Positions 8,398-16,448 of a stretch of DNA of 43,225 bases are shown here, piece by piece (positions within the stretch are counted from its first letter, which is position 1; every line of letters starts with the position of its first letter). Source of the DNA: an uncultured Pseudomonadales bacterium (GTDB lineage Bacteria > Patescibacteriota > Microgenomatia > UBA1400 > CG1-02-47-37); contig CAZVYS010000005.1 in assembly GCA_964630755.1 (NCBI GenBank), forward strand, positions 1 through 43,225, given 5' to 3'. A program made the translations under genes and the position numbers. The notes beneath the pieces were generated by a model. The model did no database searches, had not been told where the DNA came from, and worked only from the letters and a program-made list of their open reading frames with translations.

Positions 8398-9636
8398 ATG
8401 AAGAAGTGGTTAGTAATAGCCATATTATTATTGATCGGGATGGGCCCCGTTCCACGATTGTGGGGCGGGGCGGGGGCCCAGGAAGCTGGCGGTTTGGGGA
8501 TTATTCCGGCAGTAGTGGATGCTAATGATCCAAATGGATCTTGGTTTGTGTATGAGCTTGAACCTGGAAAAACTATCAATGAAAAAGCGGCAGTTATTAA
8601 TCTGTATGACGAGCCAGTTGAAGTAGAGGTTTATCCAGTTGATGCTACAACTACTAAAGATGGGGCTTTTAGTTTAAAGCAGAAAAATGATGAGATAGAG
8701 TCTGTGGGTGGATGGGTTGAGGGATTGCCATTAAAACTTAGTTTGCAAGCTAAAGAACGTCAGATTATTGATTTTAGTTTTACTATTCCAGAAGGAACTG
8801 AGCCTGGTGATTATTTAGGTGGTTTGGTGGTCCAAAAGGTCAGTGTAGATGAAACCAAGATGCAAGTAAAGACTGTGGTTAGGACTGGAGTAAGAATTTA
8901 TTTAACAGTTCCAGGTGAAGTTAAGCGGGAGATTGAGGTAACTAAACTAGAGTTTAAGAAAATTAAGGGTAAATACAAGTTGCTTTTAAGTTTAAAAAAT
9001 ACTGGCAATGTTCGACTTGAAAACATGCTAGTTAAGTTGAATTTAAAAAGTAAGTGGGGATGGCCGCCTGAGTCCAGGGCCTCCTATCCGCAAGCTGCAG
9101 TTATGTTTCCGGGAAAGGAAATTAGTCTGGAATTACCTTGGGAAAACTCAAAACCAATCTTAGGCCAGTTTGATCTTAAGATAGAAGTTATATTTGGAGA
9201 GATACTGAAGATTAATAAGAGCTTAAGTTTGTGGATGATAGATTGGTTGAAGTTAGGGATAGCGATAGGCAGCTTAATTGTTTTAATCGTATGGTTTAAA
9301 TTAACGGCTAAGAAAAGAAAGCAAAAAAAGCTTTTAAGACAAAAACAAAAAATAGAACGAAAGAAAATGATTGGCTTTTCAACTAACAATAGAAAGTTGA
9401 AAAAACATGGAGATGAGGTTGATTGGTTACTAAAAGAAATTCGAGTGATTATAAGAGAAGAGCTTCAAGAGATGGCAAGGAATGGTCAGCTAGATGATTT
9501 TAAGAAGGGTAGTCGTAAGAGATTAAAAACACCAAGGGGTTTAAAGTTACCAAGAGGAATTCATAGTGAAGCTGTTTCTAACGGGAATAAAAAGAAGTTC
9601 TTCTTTAGTAAACTTAAGCAAAAGAGTAAGAAGTAG
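8398..9636 (+). CDS. DUF916/DUF3324-type WxL-interacting protein, copy 2, with long basic cytoplasmic tail
   Basis: Paralogous motifs WFVYELEPG, VDATTTKDGAF, GDYLGGL, TGVRIYLTVPG, NTGNV; TM helix then about 110 Lys/Arg-rich residues. Confidence 0.8.
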   Translation: MKKWLVIAILLLIGMGPVPRLWGGAGAQEAGGLGIIPAVVDANDPNGSWFVYELEPGKTINEKAAVINLYDEPVEVEVYPVDATTTKDGAFSLKQKNDEIESVGGWVEGLPLKLSLQAKERQIIDFSFTIPEGTEPGDYLGGLVVQKVSVDETKMQVKTVVRTGVRIYLTVPGEVKREIEVTKLEFKKIKGKYKLLLSLKNTGNVRLENMLVKLNLKSKWGWPPESRASYPQAAVMFPGKEISLELPWENSKPILGQFDLKIEVIFGEILKINKSLSLWMIDWLKLGIAIGSLIVLIVWFKLTAKKRKQKKLLRQKQKIERKKMIGFSTNNRKLKKHGDEVDWLLKEIRVIIREELQEMARNGQLDDFKKGSRKRLKTPRGLKLPRGIHSEAVSNGNKKKFFFSKLKQKSKK

Positions 9637-9639
9637 TGA

Positions 9640-9672
9640 CAAATCATGGGACGATCGTCCCATGAAAATGAT
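9640..9672. repeat. 33-bp direct repeat, copy 1, with a perfect 22-bp palindrome; overlaps the promoter of the PaaX-like gene
   Basis: CAAATCATGGGACGATCGTCCCATGAAAATGAT; palindrome at 9644-9665; runs into TGaTATACT at 9669-9677. Confidence 0.95.
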
Positions 9673-9683
9673 ATACTTAGTTA

Positions 9684-10448
9684 ATGGCTAAGAAGTATAA
9701 GATTATTGACAGAGTATTAATTGGAGTGACTATATTAGATGAATTATTGGATCAAACTGTTGGAGCTGGTTCTAGAGCTTATCATGCTAGAAAATTAGCT
9801 TTTTGGACGCCGCCGAATTACAAAGGGACTAATCTTAATCAAGCAATTAATCGGATGTTAAGAACCGGATATTTGCACAAAGAAATTGTTAAGGGTGAAC
9901 CAGTTTTAAGAATAACTAGAGGAGGAAAAAAAAGACTAAAAAGAGACTTTTCATATTTTAGAATGCAGGATAAAAAATGGGATGGTTATTGGCGATTAGT
10001 AATTTTTGATATCAGTGAGAAAAAAAGATATCTAAGAAATTCATTAAGAAGAAAATTAAAGGAACTAGGTTTTGGAATGTGGCAAAAGAGTATTTATATT
10101 TCACCTTTTGATTTTGAAGAAGATATTTATGAATTTTTGTTGAGTAAGAAATTATTAGGAATGGCTTATGTGTTAACTGCTAGACATAGATTAATGGGGG
10201 ATGCAAAACAGTTGGCTAGCCAAGTTTGGCCTGTTGAAAAAATCAATAAAGAATATGAAAAACTTGATGATCAATTAAAAAAACTAGAAACTGGGATTGA
10301 AAAAGCGATTTTATATCAGAAACTAAAACAAATAAATGAAGATTACTTACAATTATTACTATTAGATCCTTGTTTGCCAAAGCAGTTACTACCAAATAGT
10401 TGGTATGGATTTAAAATAAAAAAGAAGTTATTAAATTTCTTTAAATAG
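9684..10448 (+). CDS. PaaX-family protein (winged HTH, Cas2-like central domain, PaaX C-terminal domain)
   Basis: AINRMLRTGYL...ITRGG; WDGYWRLVIFDISEKKR..R..LR..L..LGFG..QKSIYISP; DPCLPKQLLPNSW. Confidence 0.85.
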   Translation: MAKKYKIIDRVLIGVTILDELLDQTVGAGSRAYHARKLAFWTPPNYKGTNLNQAINRMLRTGYLHKEIVKGEPVLRITRGGKKRLKRDFSYFRMQDKKWDGYWRLVIFDISEKKRYLRNSLRRKLKELGFGMWQKSIYISPFDFEEDIYEFLLSKKLLGMAYVLTARHRLMGDAKQLASQVWPVEKINKEYEKLDDQLKKLETGIEKAILYQKLKQINEDYLQLLLLDPCLPKQLLPNSWYGFKIKKKLLNFFK

Positions 10449-10453
10449 TGATT

Positions 10454-10486
10454 CAAATCATGGGACGATCGTCCCATGAAAATGAT
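10454..10486. repeat. 33-bp direct repeat, copy 2, identical to copy 1
   Basis: Same 33-mer 5 nt after the stop codon; palindrome at 10458-10479. Confidence 0.95.
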
Positions 10487-10556
10487 TGGTTTTAGATAGT
10501 TGATTTGTATGTTAGGATGGATATTGTTAGATATTTTTGTAAATTGATAAATTTAT

Positions 10557-11063
10557 ATGCCTAAACAAATAGTTAGAGATGTATTTGGTGAGCTTTTAGA
10601 AACTGGTAAAGCTACAGCCAAAGCAGGCAAAAAGGCGGCTTCAGATATTGCTTCACAAACTGCAAAGACTGTGGCCGGTCATAAACCAAGATCTGGTGAT
10701 AGTTCTGCTTGGCTTGAAAGAGCAAAAGCTAAAAAAAAGGTAGGAAGACAGTCTAAGCAGCAGACAGAAGAACAAGCTAGAGGTGAGCAAATACAAAAAA
10801 TGCAAGAGATGGATAAGAAACAATCTCAACAAGCATATAATCAAATCCAAGATCAAATTAAACTAATTCAACAAAGAAGAGCTCAACAGCCAAGAAAGTA
10901 TGTGACTGGAAAGGCAGACTTTGATGATGAGCAGGTAAAAGACCCAGAAACATTTTTTGAAAAGATGAAAAAGAAAAAAGAGGAGATGAAAAATAAAATA
11001 TTACCTTGGACTAAAAAGAAAGGAATGGGTACTGGTGAGATTAGAAGGGGAGCATCTGGATGA
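10557..11063 (+). CDS. hypothetical Lys/Gln-rich coiled-coil protein
   Basis: 168-aa ORF whose stop overlaps the cysS start (ATGA). Confidence 0.65.
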   Translation: MPKQIVRDVFGELLETGKATAKAGKKAASDIASQTAKTVAGHKPRSGDSSAWLERAKAKKKVGRQSKQQTEEQARGEQIQKMQEMDKKQSQQAYNQIQDQIKLIQQRRAQQPRKYVTGKADFDDEQVKDPETFFEKMKKKKEEMKNKILPWTKKKGMGTGEIRRGASG

Positions 11064-12484
11064 AGTTATATAATTCTTTAACTTCTAAACTTGAAGAGTT
11101 TAAGCCATTAAGACAGGATAGAGTAGGGGTTTATACTTGTGGGCCAACGGTTTATGACTATGTTTCAATAGGTAATTTTCGGACTTACTTTTTAGGAGAT
11201 TTAGTAGTTAGAGCTTTAAGATGGCTTGATTACAAGGTTAGTTATATTATGAATATTACTGATGTTGGACATTTGACTGGAGATAATTTAGGGGATGCTG
11301 ATACAGGCGAGGATAGGCTTGAGAAAGGAGCTAAAAGAGAGGGAAAGACAGCTTTTGAGATTGCAAAGTTTTATACTGATGATTTTATTAAATCATTTTT
11401 AAAACTAAATTTAGTTAAACCAGAAAAATTTACATTAGCAACAGAATATATTAAAGAACAAATAGAGTTACTTAAAAAGATTGAATCAAAAGGCTTTACG
11501 TACAGAATCGATGATGGGATATATTTTGATGTAGTTAGTTTTGAAAAGGCGGGGAATAAATATGGACAGTTGTCTACTTTGGATGAGATTAGTAGTCATG
11601 GGGTAAGAGTAAAACAAAACAAACAAAAAAAAGATTCAAGGGATTTTGCTTTGTGGAAGTTTTCGCCTAAAGACAAGAAAAGGCAGATGGAGTGGGAGAG
11701 TCCTTGGGGAGTTGGATTTCCTGGTTGGCATTTAGAATGTAGTGCCATGAGCATGAAGCATTTGGGAGAGCAGTTTGATGTTCATGTTGGCGGTGAAGAC
11801 TTAAGGTCAACTCATCATCCAAACGAGATAGCACAGAGTGAAGCTGCCACTTTGAAAAAGCCGTTTGTTAAGTATTGGCTTCATGGTGCTTTTTTAAAGG
11901 TCGATGGTGGTCGAATGGGAAGAAGTTTGGGAAATACTTATACTCTTCAAGATTTAAAGGAAAAAGGTTTTTCTGCAATGGATCTTAGGTATTTTTATTT
12001 AACAGGACATTATCGAAAGCCACTTAACTTTACTTTTAGGTCGATTAGGGCTTCAAAAGAAGCTTATTCTAAGTTAAAATCTGCGGTGGTTGGTTGGCAA
12101 GGAGCTAAGACAAGGACAAAACTTTCAGAGGAGAAGTTGCAGAAACTTCAAGGCCTGGCCTTGAAGTTTAGGCAGGCAGTGGAAAATGATTTAAACATGC
12201 CACAAGCGTTAGCTACGGTATGGGAGATGGTCAAATCAAATATTCCTGATTATGATAAATATGAATTGATCAGTGGTTGGGATAGAGTTTTAGGCTTAGA
12301 TTTAACTGAAGTTTCTAAAAGCGAAGTCAAGATTCCAGAAGAGGTTATTAAGTTAGCTGAGAAAAGAAAACAATTTCGGCAAGAAGAAAAATGGGATAAA
12401 GCTGATGAGGTTAGAAGAGAAATTGAGAATAAAGGATATTTGATAAAAGATTTAGGATCGGAATTTGAAGTAATGCAAAAATGA
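11060..12484 (+). CDS. cysS: cysteine--tRNA ligase
   Basis: YTCGPTVY, NITDVGH, DFALWK, SPWG.GFPGWHLECSAMS, HHPNEIAQSEA. Confidence 0.97.
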   Translation: MKLYNSLTSKLEEFKPLRQDRVGVYTCGPTVYDYVSIGNFRTYFLGDLVVRALRWLDYKVSYIMNITDVGHLTGDNLGDADTGEDRLEKGAKREGKTAFEIAKFYTDDFIKSFLKLNLVKPEKFTLATEYIKEQIELLKKIESKGFTYRIDDGIYFDVVSFEKAGNKYGQLSTLDEISSHGVRVKQNKQKKDSRDFALWKFSPKDKKRQMEWESPWGVGFPGWHLECSAMSMKHLGEQFDVHVGGEDLRSTHHPNEIAQSEAATLKKPFVKYWLHGAFLKVDGGRMGRSLGNTYTLQDLKEKGFSAMDLRYFYLTGHYRKPLNFTFRSIRASKEAYSKLKSAVVGWQGAKTRTKLSEEKLQKLQGLALKFRQAVENDLNMPQALATVWEMVKSNIPDYDKYELISGWDRVLGLDLTEVSKSEVKIPEEVIKLAEKRKQFRQEEKWDKADEVRREIENKGYLIKDLGSEFEVMQK

Positions 12485-13851
12485 GTGAGGGTATTCAAAA
12501 ACTTTCAAGACGAGATTTTGGCAAGGGAGCAGGGATACTTACCGCTTCTGTTATATTGGGTCCATTAGTAGAAAAAATATTTTCCAATAAAAAGATACGA
12601 GCTGAAAAACAAGTTGGCAAAGAAGAGTTGATAATCCAAGAAGTAGACGGTAACAGAATTTATCTAAATAAAAACAGAATTCCAGTTAGGTGTGAGACAA
12701 GAGATGGGCAAAAGATTTTATTTGATCTAAAAGAAACTGAGAAAGCAAGACAAAAAGCCATAGATTCAAAAGACAGTCAGGTATTGAAATTAATCTCAGT
12801 TATTCAGGAAGAAAAGAAATATATTGAAAGTTCTGTTCAACCAAGAACAACTGAGCTGCCAAGTGATGTTTTATCTGAAGAAGAATTAGGTCAAAAAGGA
12901 GTGAAGATAATTCAAGCAGAAGCTACACAACTACATATTAGAAAAGGAGCTTTTGAAAAAAATGAGCCTTTAGAAGAGTTTAATAATAGTGATAGAAAGT
13001 TGATGGTAGTTTTGGTTGATGGTCCATATTTATTCCAAAGATTTTTAAGTGATCAAAAATATGATGAAGTTAGAGAAGCAGCGCATGGAATTGACTCAGG
13101 GAATATATCTTATTATGGTGATAAGTACGATCAAGTGACTCCAGAAGTGATGAGCGAAATTAGACAAAAAGAAATTAAAAGATTAAAGAATGATGTTTCA
13201 AGTATAAAAAAAGATCAAGAAGGATTAACTAGTTATTCTATAGTAAGAGAGAGGATGCAAAAAGATTTGGTGTATTTTGAAAGCAGGATAAAAGCATTAG
13301 AAGATGGTGTATTAACTGATGAAGATCTTGCCCTTTATTTTTCAGTTGGAATAAATCGCTTTTATGCTCAAGGTTGGTATAAAGAAAATTATCAAGGTAA
13401 AACATTAATATTTATGGCAGTTACTCAAAGAAAACCTAGGGATTTATTTTCGATTTATTTTGACTCAGATGGTAAATGTCAAGCAACTTCTTACAAAGAT
13501 ACCGTGATGGCATTGCATAAAGGGTCAAAGCCAAGATTAGAACAAACACACCCAGAACCTGTTAAACCTTTATCAGGAGAGGTATCTCATCCTGGATGGG
13601 TAGTTCGACATGAATTAAAACATGACAAAACTAGATTAGAGCCTAATTCTTCATATGATGAAGAAATGATGGATCAGTTAGTGATTGAAGATTTAAGTGT
13701 AGCTTATGAAATTTGGCGGAATTCTCTGTCTGGTAAAAAATCAAATGGAGATGAGAAATATCATTTTGTGTTTAGCTTGCCTGAAGACGAGGGTGGTGGA
13801 TATATACTAACTCAAAAACAGCCAAAAGTAGAGAAAAAAGCGGTGACTTGA
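12481..13851 (+). CDS. hypothetical exported protein with twin-arginine-like N-terminus and HExxH motif
   Basis: SRRDFGK plus hydrophobic stretch; VVRHELKH followed by acidic residues. Confidence 0.6.
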   Translation: MSEGIQKLSRRDFGKGAGILTASVILGPLVEKIFSNKKIRAEKQVGKEELIIQEVDGNRIYLNKNRIPVRCETRDGQKILFDLKETEKARQKAIDSKDSQVLKLISVIQEEKKYIESSVQPRTTELPSDVLSEEELGQKGVKIIQAEATQLHIRKGAFEKNEPLEEFNNSDRKLMVVLVDGPYLFQRFLSDQKYDEVREAAHGIDSGNISYYGDKYDQVTPEVMSEIRQKEIKRLKNDVSSIKKDQEGLTSYSIVRERMQKDLVYFESRIKALEDGVLTDEDLALYFSVGINRFYAQGWYKENYQGKTLIFMAVTQRKPRDLFSIYFDSDGKCQATSYKDTVMALHKGSKPRLEQTHPEPVKPLSGEVSHPGWVVRHELKHDKTRLEPNSSYDEEMMDQLVIEDLSVAYEIWRNSLSGKKSNGDEKYHFVFSLPEDEGGGYILTQKQPKVEKKAVT

Positions 13852-13877
13852 CATTGGGAGTTTAATTCCTTTATGAT
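13848..13877 (+). promoter_or_regulatory. sigma70 promoter for ppsA, probably leaderless
   Basis: TTGACA-18 bp-TATGAT, 6 nt before GTG 13884. Confidence 0.62.
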
Positions 13878-13883
13878 ATCCGA

Positions 13884-16448
13884 GTGGCCAAAAAACAGCC
13901 TTTGATATTATCAGTTAGTGAGCGTGTAAAACTAGACCTAGAAATACTGGGAGGTAAGGCCTACAATTTATTCAAGATGTCGAGTATTGGCGGAGTAAAA
14001 GTACCGCCTTTTTTTGTGGTTTCTTCTGTGTTGTACCGGAAACTTTTAAAAGTAGATGAAGCTAGGCAAATTAGAGAAGACATTGTTAGTTTAAAAAAGA
14101 GTAGCTTGAGCCAGATTGAACGGAAAGCAAAAAAGATTAGACAATTTTTCCATAAGATTGAGCTAGATGATGAAGATCTTGAGTTAATAAAAAAAGCTTA
14201 TCAGCAATTAGGCCATAATTGTCCAGTGGCAGTTAGATCTTCAGCTACTTGTGAAGATTTACCTGAAGCTTCGTTTGCTGGCCAGCAAGATACTTATCTA
14301 AATATTCGGGGAGAAAAGGAAGTGGTTAAAGCAATTAAGAATTGCTTGGCGTCTTTGTTTACAGTTAGGGCCATAGTTTACAGAAATGAGCAGAAGATTA
14401 GTCATAAAAAAGCGGCTTTGTGTGTAGTGGTTCAAGAAATGATCGAGTCAAAAGTATCCGGAGTTTGTTTTTCAGTTGAGCCAACTACTGGTTTTCCAGA
14501 GGTGGTTAGAATAGACGCGTCTTATGGATTAGGTGAAGCCATTGTTCAGGGTTTGGTGACTCCAGACGCTTTTATGGTATCTAAAAAAGGCTTTATTCTA
14601 CAAAAAGAACTAGGCCAAAAAGAAAAGCAGATAATCTATGCTTCAAAAGAAATTAAAACAGTAAATGTGAGTGATAAGATGGCAAAAGAGTGGTGTTTAA
14701 CAGAAAAGCAGGTTTTAAAAATAGCTAAACAAGTAATCCTCTTAGAGGATTATTACAAGCATTTTGTAGATGTTGAGTATGCGATTGACAACAAAGACAG
14801 GATTTTTATCGTACAAGTTAGGCCAGAAACTAAATGGCAAGTATTAAAAAACAAGAATCCATATTTAATTCCGATTAAAAAAGCCAGAATTACAGGATTA
14901 GGTAATTTAAAACCTGTTATTACTGGTTTAGGAGTATCTCCAGGGGCAGCTAAAGGAAAAGCTGTGTTTTTAAAAAGAGGAGATCCTTTGGCAAAGGTTA
15001 AACGAGGGGATATATTAATGGCTCGAAGAACTGATCCAGATTTGGTTCCAGCCATGCAGATTAGTGGCGGTGTGGTAACAGCCAGCGGAGGAAGAACTTC
15101 TCATGCGGCTATTGTTTCTCGAGAACTAGGAATTCCGGCAGTGGTAGGAACACAAGCGATTGACGAGTTAAAAAAATTAAATGGGAAAACTTTAACTATT
15201 GATGGTGGCAGTGGTGCTGTTTATGATCAAGAATTAAAATTAGTTAAGGACGCAAAAGACATTGATGTAAAAAAATTACCAAAGACAAAAACCAGAGTTG
15301 GGTTGATTTTGGCGGATATTAACCAAGCCTTTAAGTTAAGTAAGTTAGCAGAAAATGATTTTGAGGTTGGATTGCTTAGGGCAGAGTTTATGTTAGGTCA
15401 GATAGCGGTTCATCCGAGAGCCTTAGATGAGTTTGATAGTGGAAAACTGAAAAACAAATCTAGTGAAGTTTATAAGCAAGTTAAGCAATCTTTAAGATCA
15501 CGGGGTTACACAAATGGGAAAAAATATTTTATTGAGTCCTTGGCGTCGGGCTTGGGTAGTTTTTCAACTGCTTTTAAGGGTCGGTCCGTGATATATCGAA
15601 CCACGGATTTTAAGACAAATGAGTACAAGGATCAATTAATTGGTGGAGCTTTTTATGAGCCTGATGAAGAGAATCCAATGATTGGAGATAGGGGAGTAGG
15701 TAGATATATACAACTTAATAATTTAAAGTTTTTGGGTTGGGAGCTTGAAGCTATAAAGTTAGCCAAAAGCAAATATCAGGCAAAAAATTTAGAGATAATG
15801 TTGCCATTTATTAGAACATTAACTGAAGCCAAGATGGCACTTGATTATATTTATACCAAGATAAATAAAAAGGAATTTAAGATGATTGCCATGGCTGAGA
15901 TTCCATCAAATGCTATGTTGGCTTTGGAGTTTTTAAAGCTATTTGATGGTTTTTCGATTGGTAGTAATGACATGACTCAACTTACTTTGGGGGTGGATCG
16001 AGATAATGAGAAATTGCAGCCTACTTATGATGAGCACGATCCAGCTGCAATAATGGCTTTTTTAACGACTATTTTTGCAGGCTTAAAGTTAAACAAAAAA
16101 GTTGGCTTTTGTGGTCAAGGAGTATCTGATAGCGTGATTATTGCCGGACTGGCTAGCATTGCCGGGATTACTTCAGCTTCAGTAGTGCCAGATAGATATT
16201 TGCAAACTAAAAACTTGATAGCTAAGCTTGAAAAACAAAAAGTTAAAGTTAAAGATTTAGGTAAATGGTTAAACTTACAGTTTAAAAAGAGATTAAGAGA
16301 AACCAAGAAAACTAAAAATGGAATGCAAGTTATTAAAGCTAAGATTTATGCAGATCTTGATTGGAATCGAGTAGTAAAAGCTTCAATGCAGTTAGCTGGT
16401 TTTAACAGTTTTACTGATCTACAAAAAAGAATTGATAAACGTGGCTAA
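13884..16448 (+). CDS. ppsA: phosphoenolpyruvate synthase (pyruvate, water dikinase)
   Basis: GGKA, VAVRSSATCEDL..ASFAGQQDT, phospho-His GGRTSHAAIVSRELGIP, EENPMIG.RG, FSIGSNDMTQL, CGQ. Confidence 0.95.
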   Translation: MAKKQPLILSVSERVKLDLEILGGKAYNLFKMSSIGGVKVPPFFVVSSVLYRKLLKVDEARQIREDIVSLKKSSLSQIERKAKKIRQFFHKIELDDEDLELIKKAYQQLGHNCPVAVRSSATCEDLPEASFAGQQDTYLNIRGEKEVVKAIKNCLASLFTVRAIVYRNEQKISHKKAALCVVVQEMIESKVSGVCFSVEPTTGFPEVVRIDASYGLGEAIVQGLVTPDAFMVSKKGFILQKELGQKEKQIIYASKEIKTVNVSDKMAKEWCLTEKQVLKIAKQVILLEDYYKHFVDVEYAIDNKDRIFIVQVRPETKWQVLKNKNPYLIPIKKARITGLGNLKPVITGLGVSPGAAKGKAVFLKRGDPLAKVKRGDILMARRTDPDLVPAMQISGGVVTASGGRTSHAAIVSRELGIPAVVGTQAIDELKKLNGKTLTIDGGSGAVYDQELKLVKDAKDIDVKKLPKTKTRVGLILADINQAFKLSKLAENDFEVGLLRAEFMLGQIAVHPRALDEFDSGKLKNKSSEVYKQVKQSLRSRGYTNGKKYFIESLASGLGSFSTAFKGRSVIYRTTDFKTNEYKDQLIGGAFYEPDEENPMIGDRGVGRYIQLNNLKFLGWELEAIKLAKSKYQAKNLEIMLPFIRTLTEAKMALDYIYTKINKKEFKMIAMAEIPSNAMLALEFLKLFDGFSIGSNDMTQLTLGVDRDNEKLQPTYDEHDPAAIMAFLTTIFAGLKLNKKVGFCGQGVSDSVIIAGLASIAGITSASVVPDRYLQTKNLIAKLEKQKVKVKDLGKWLNLQFKKRLRETKKTKNGMQVIKAKIYADLDWNRVVKASMQLAGFNSFTDLQKRIDKRG

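Noticed and set aside
9640-10486. CRISPR array or cas2 locus
   Set aside because: Only two repeats, separated by a whole gene rather than a 30-40 bp spacer; no cas1 or effector genes; the protein has full PaaX architecture.
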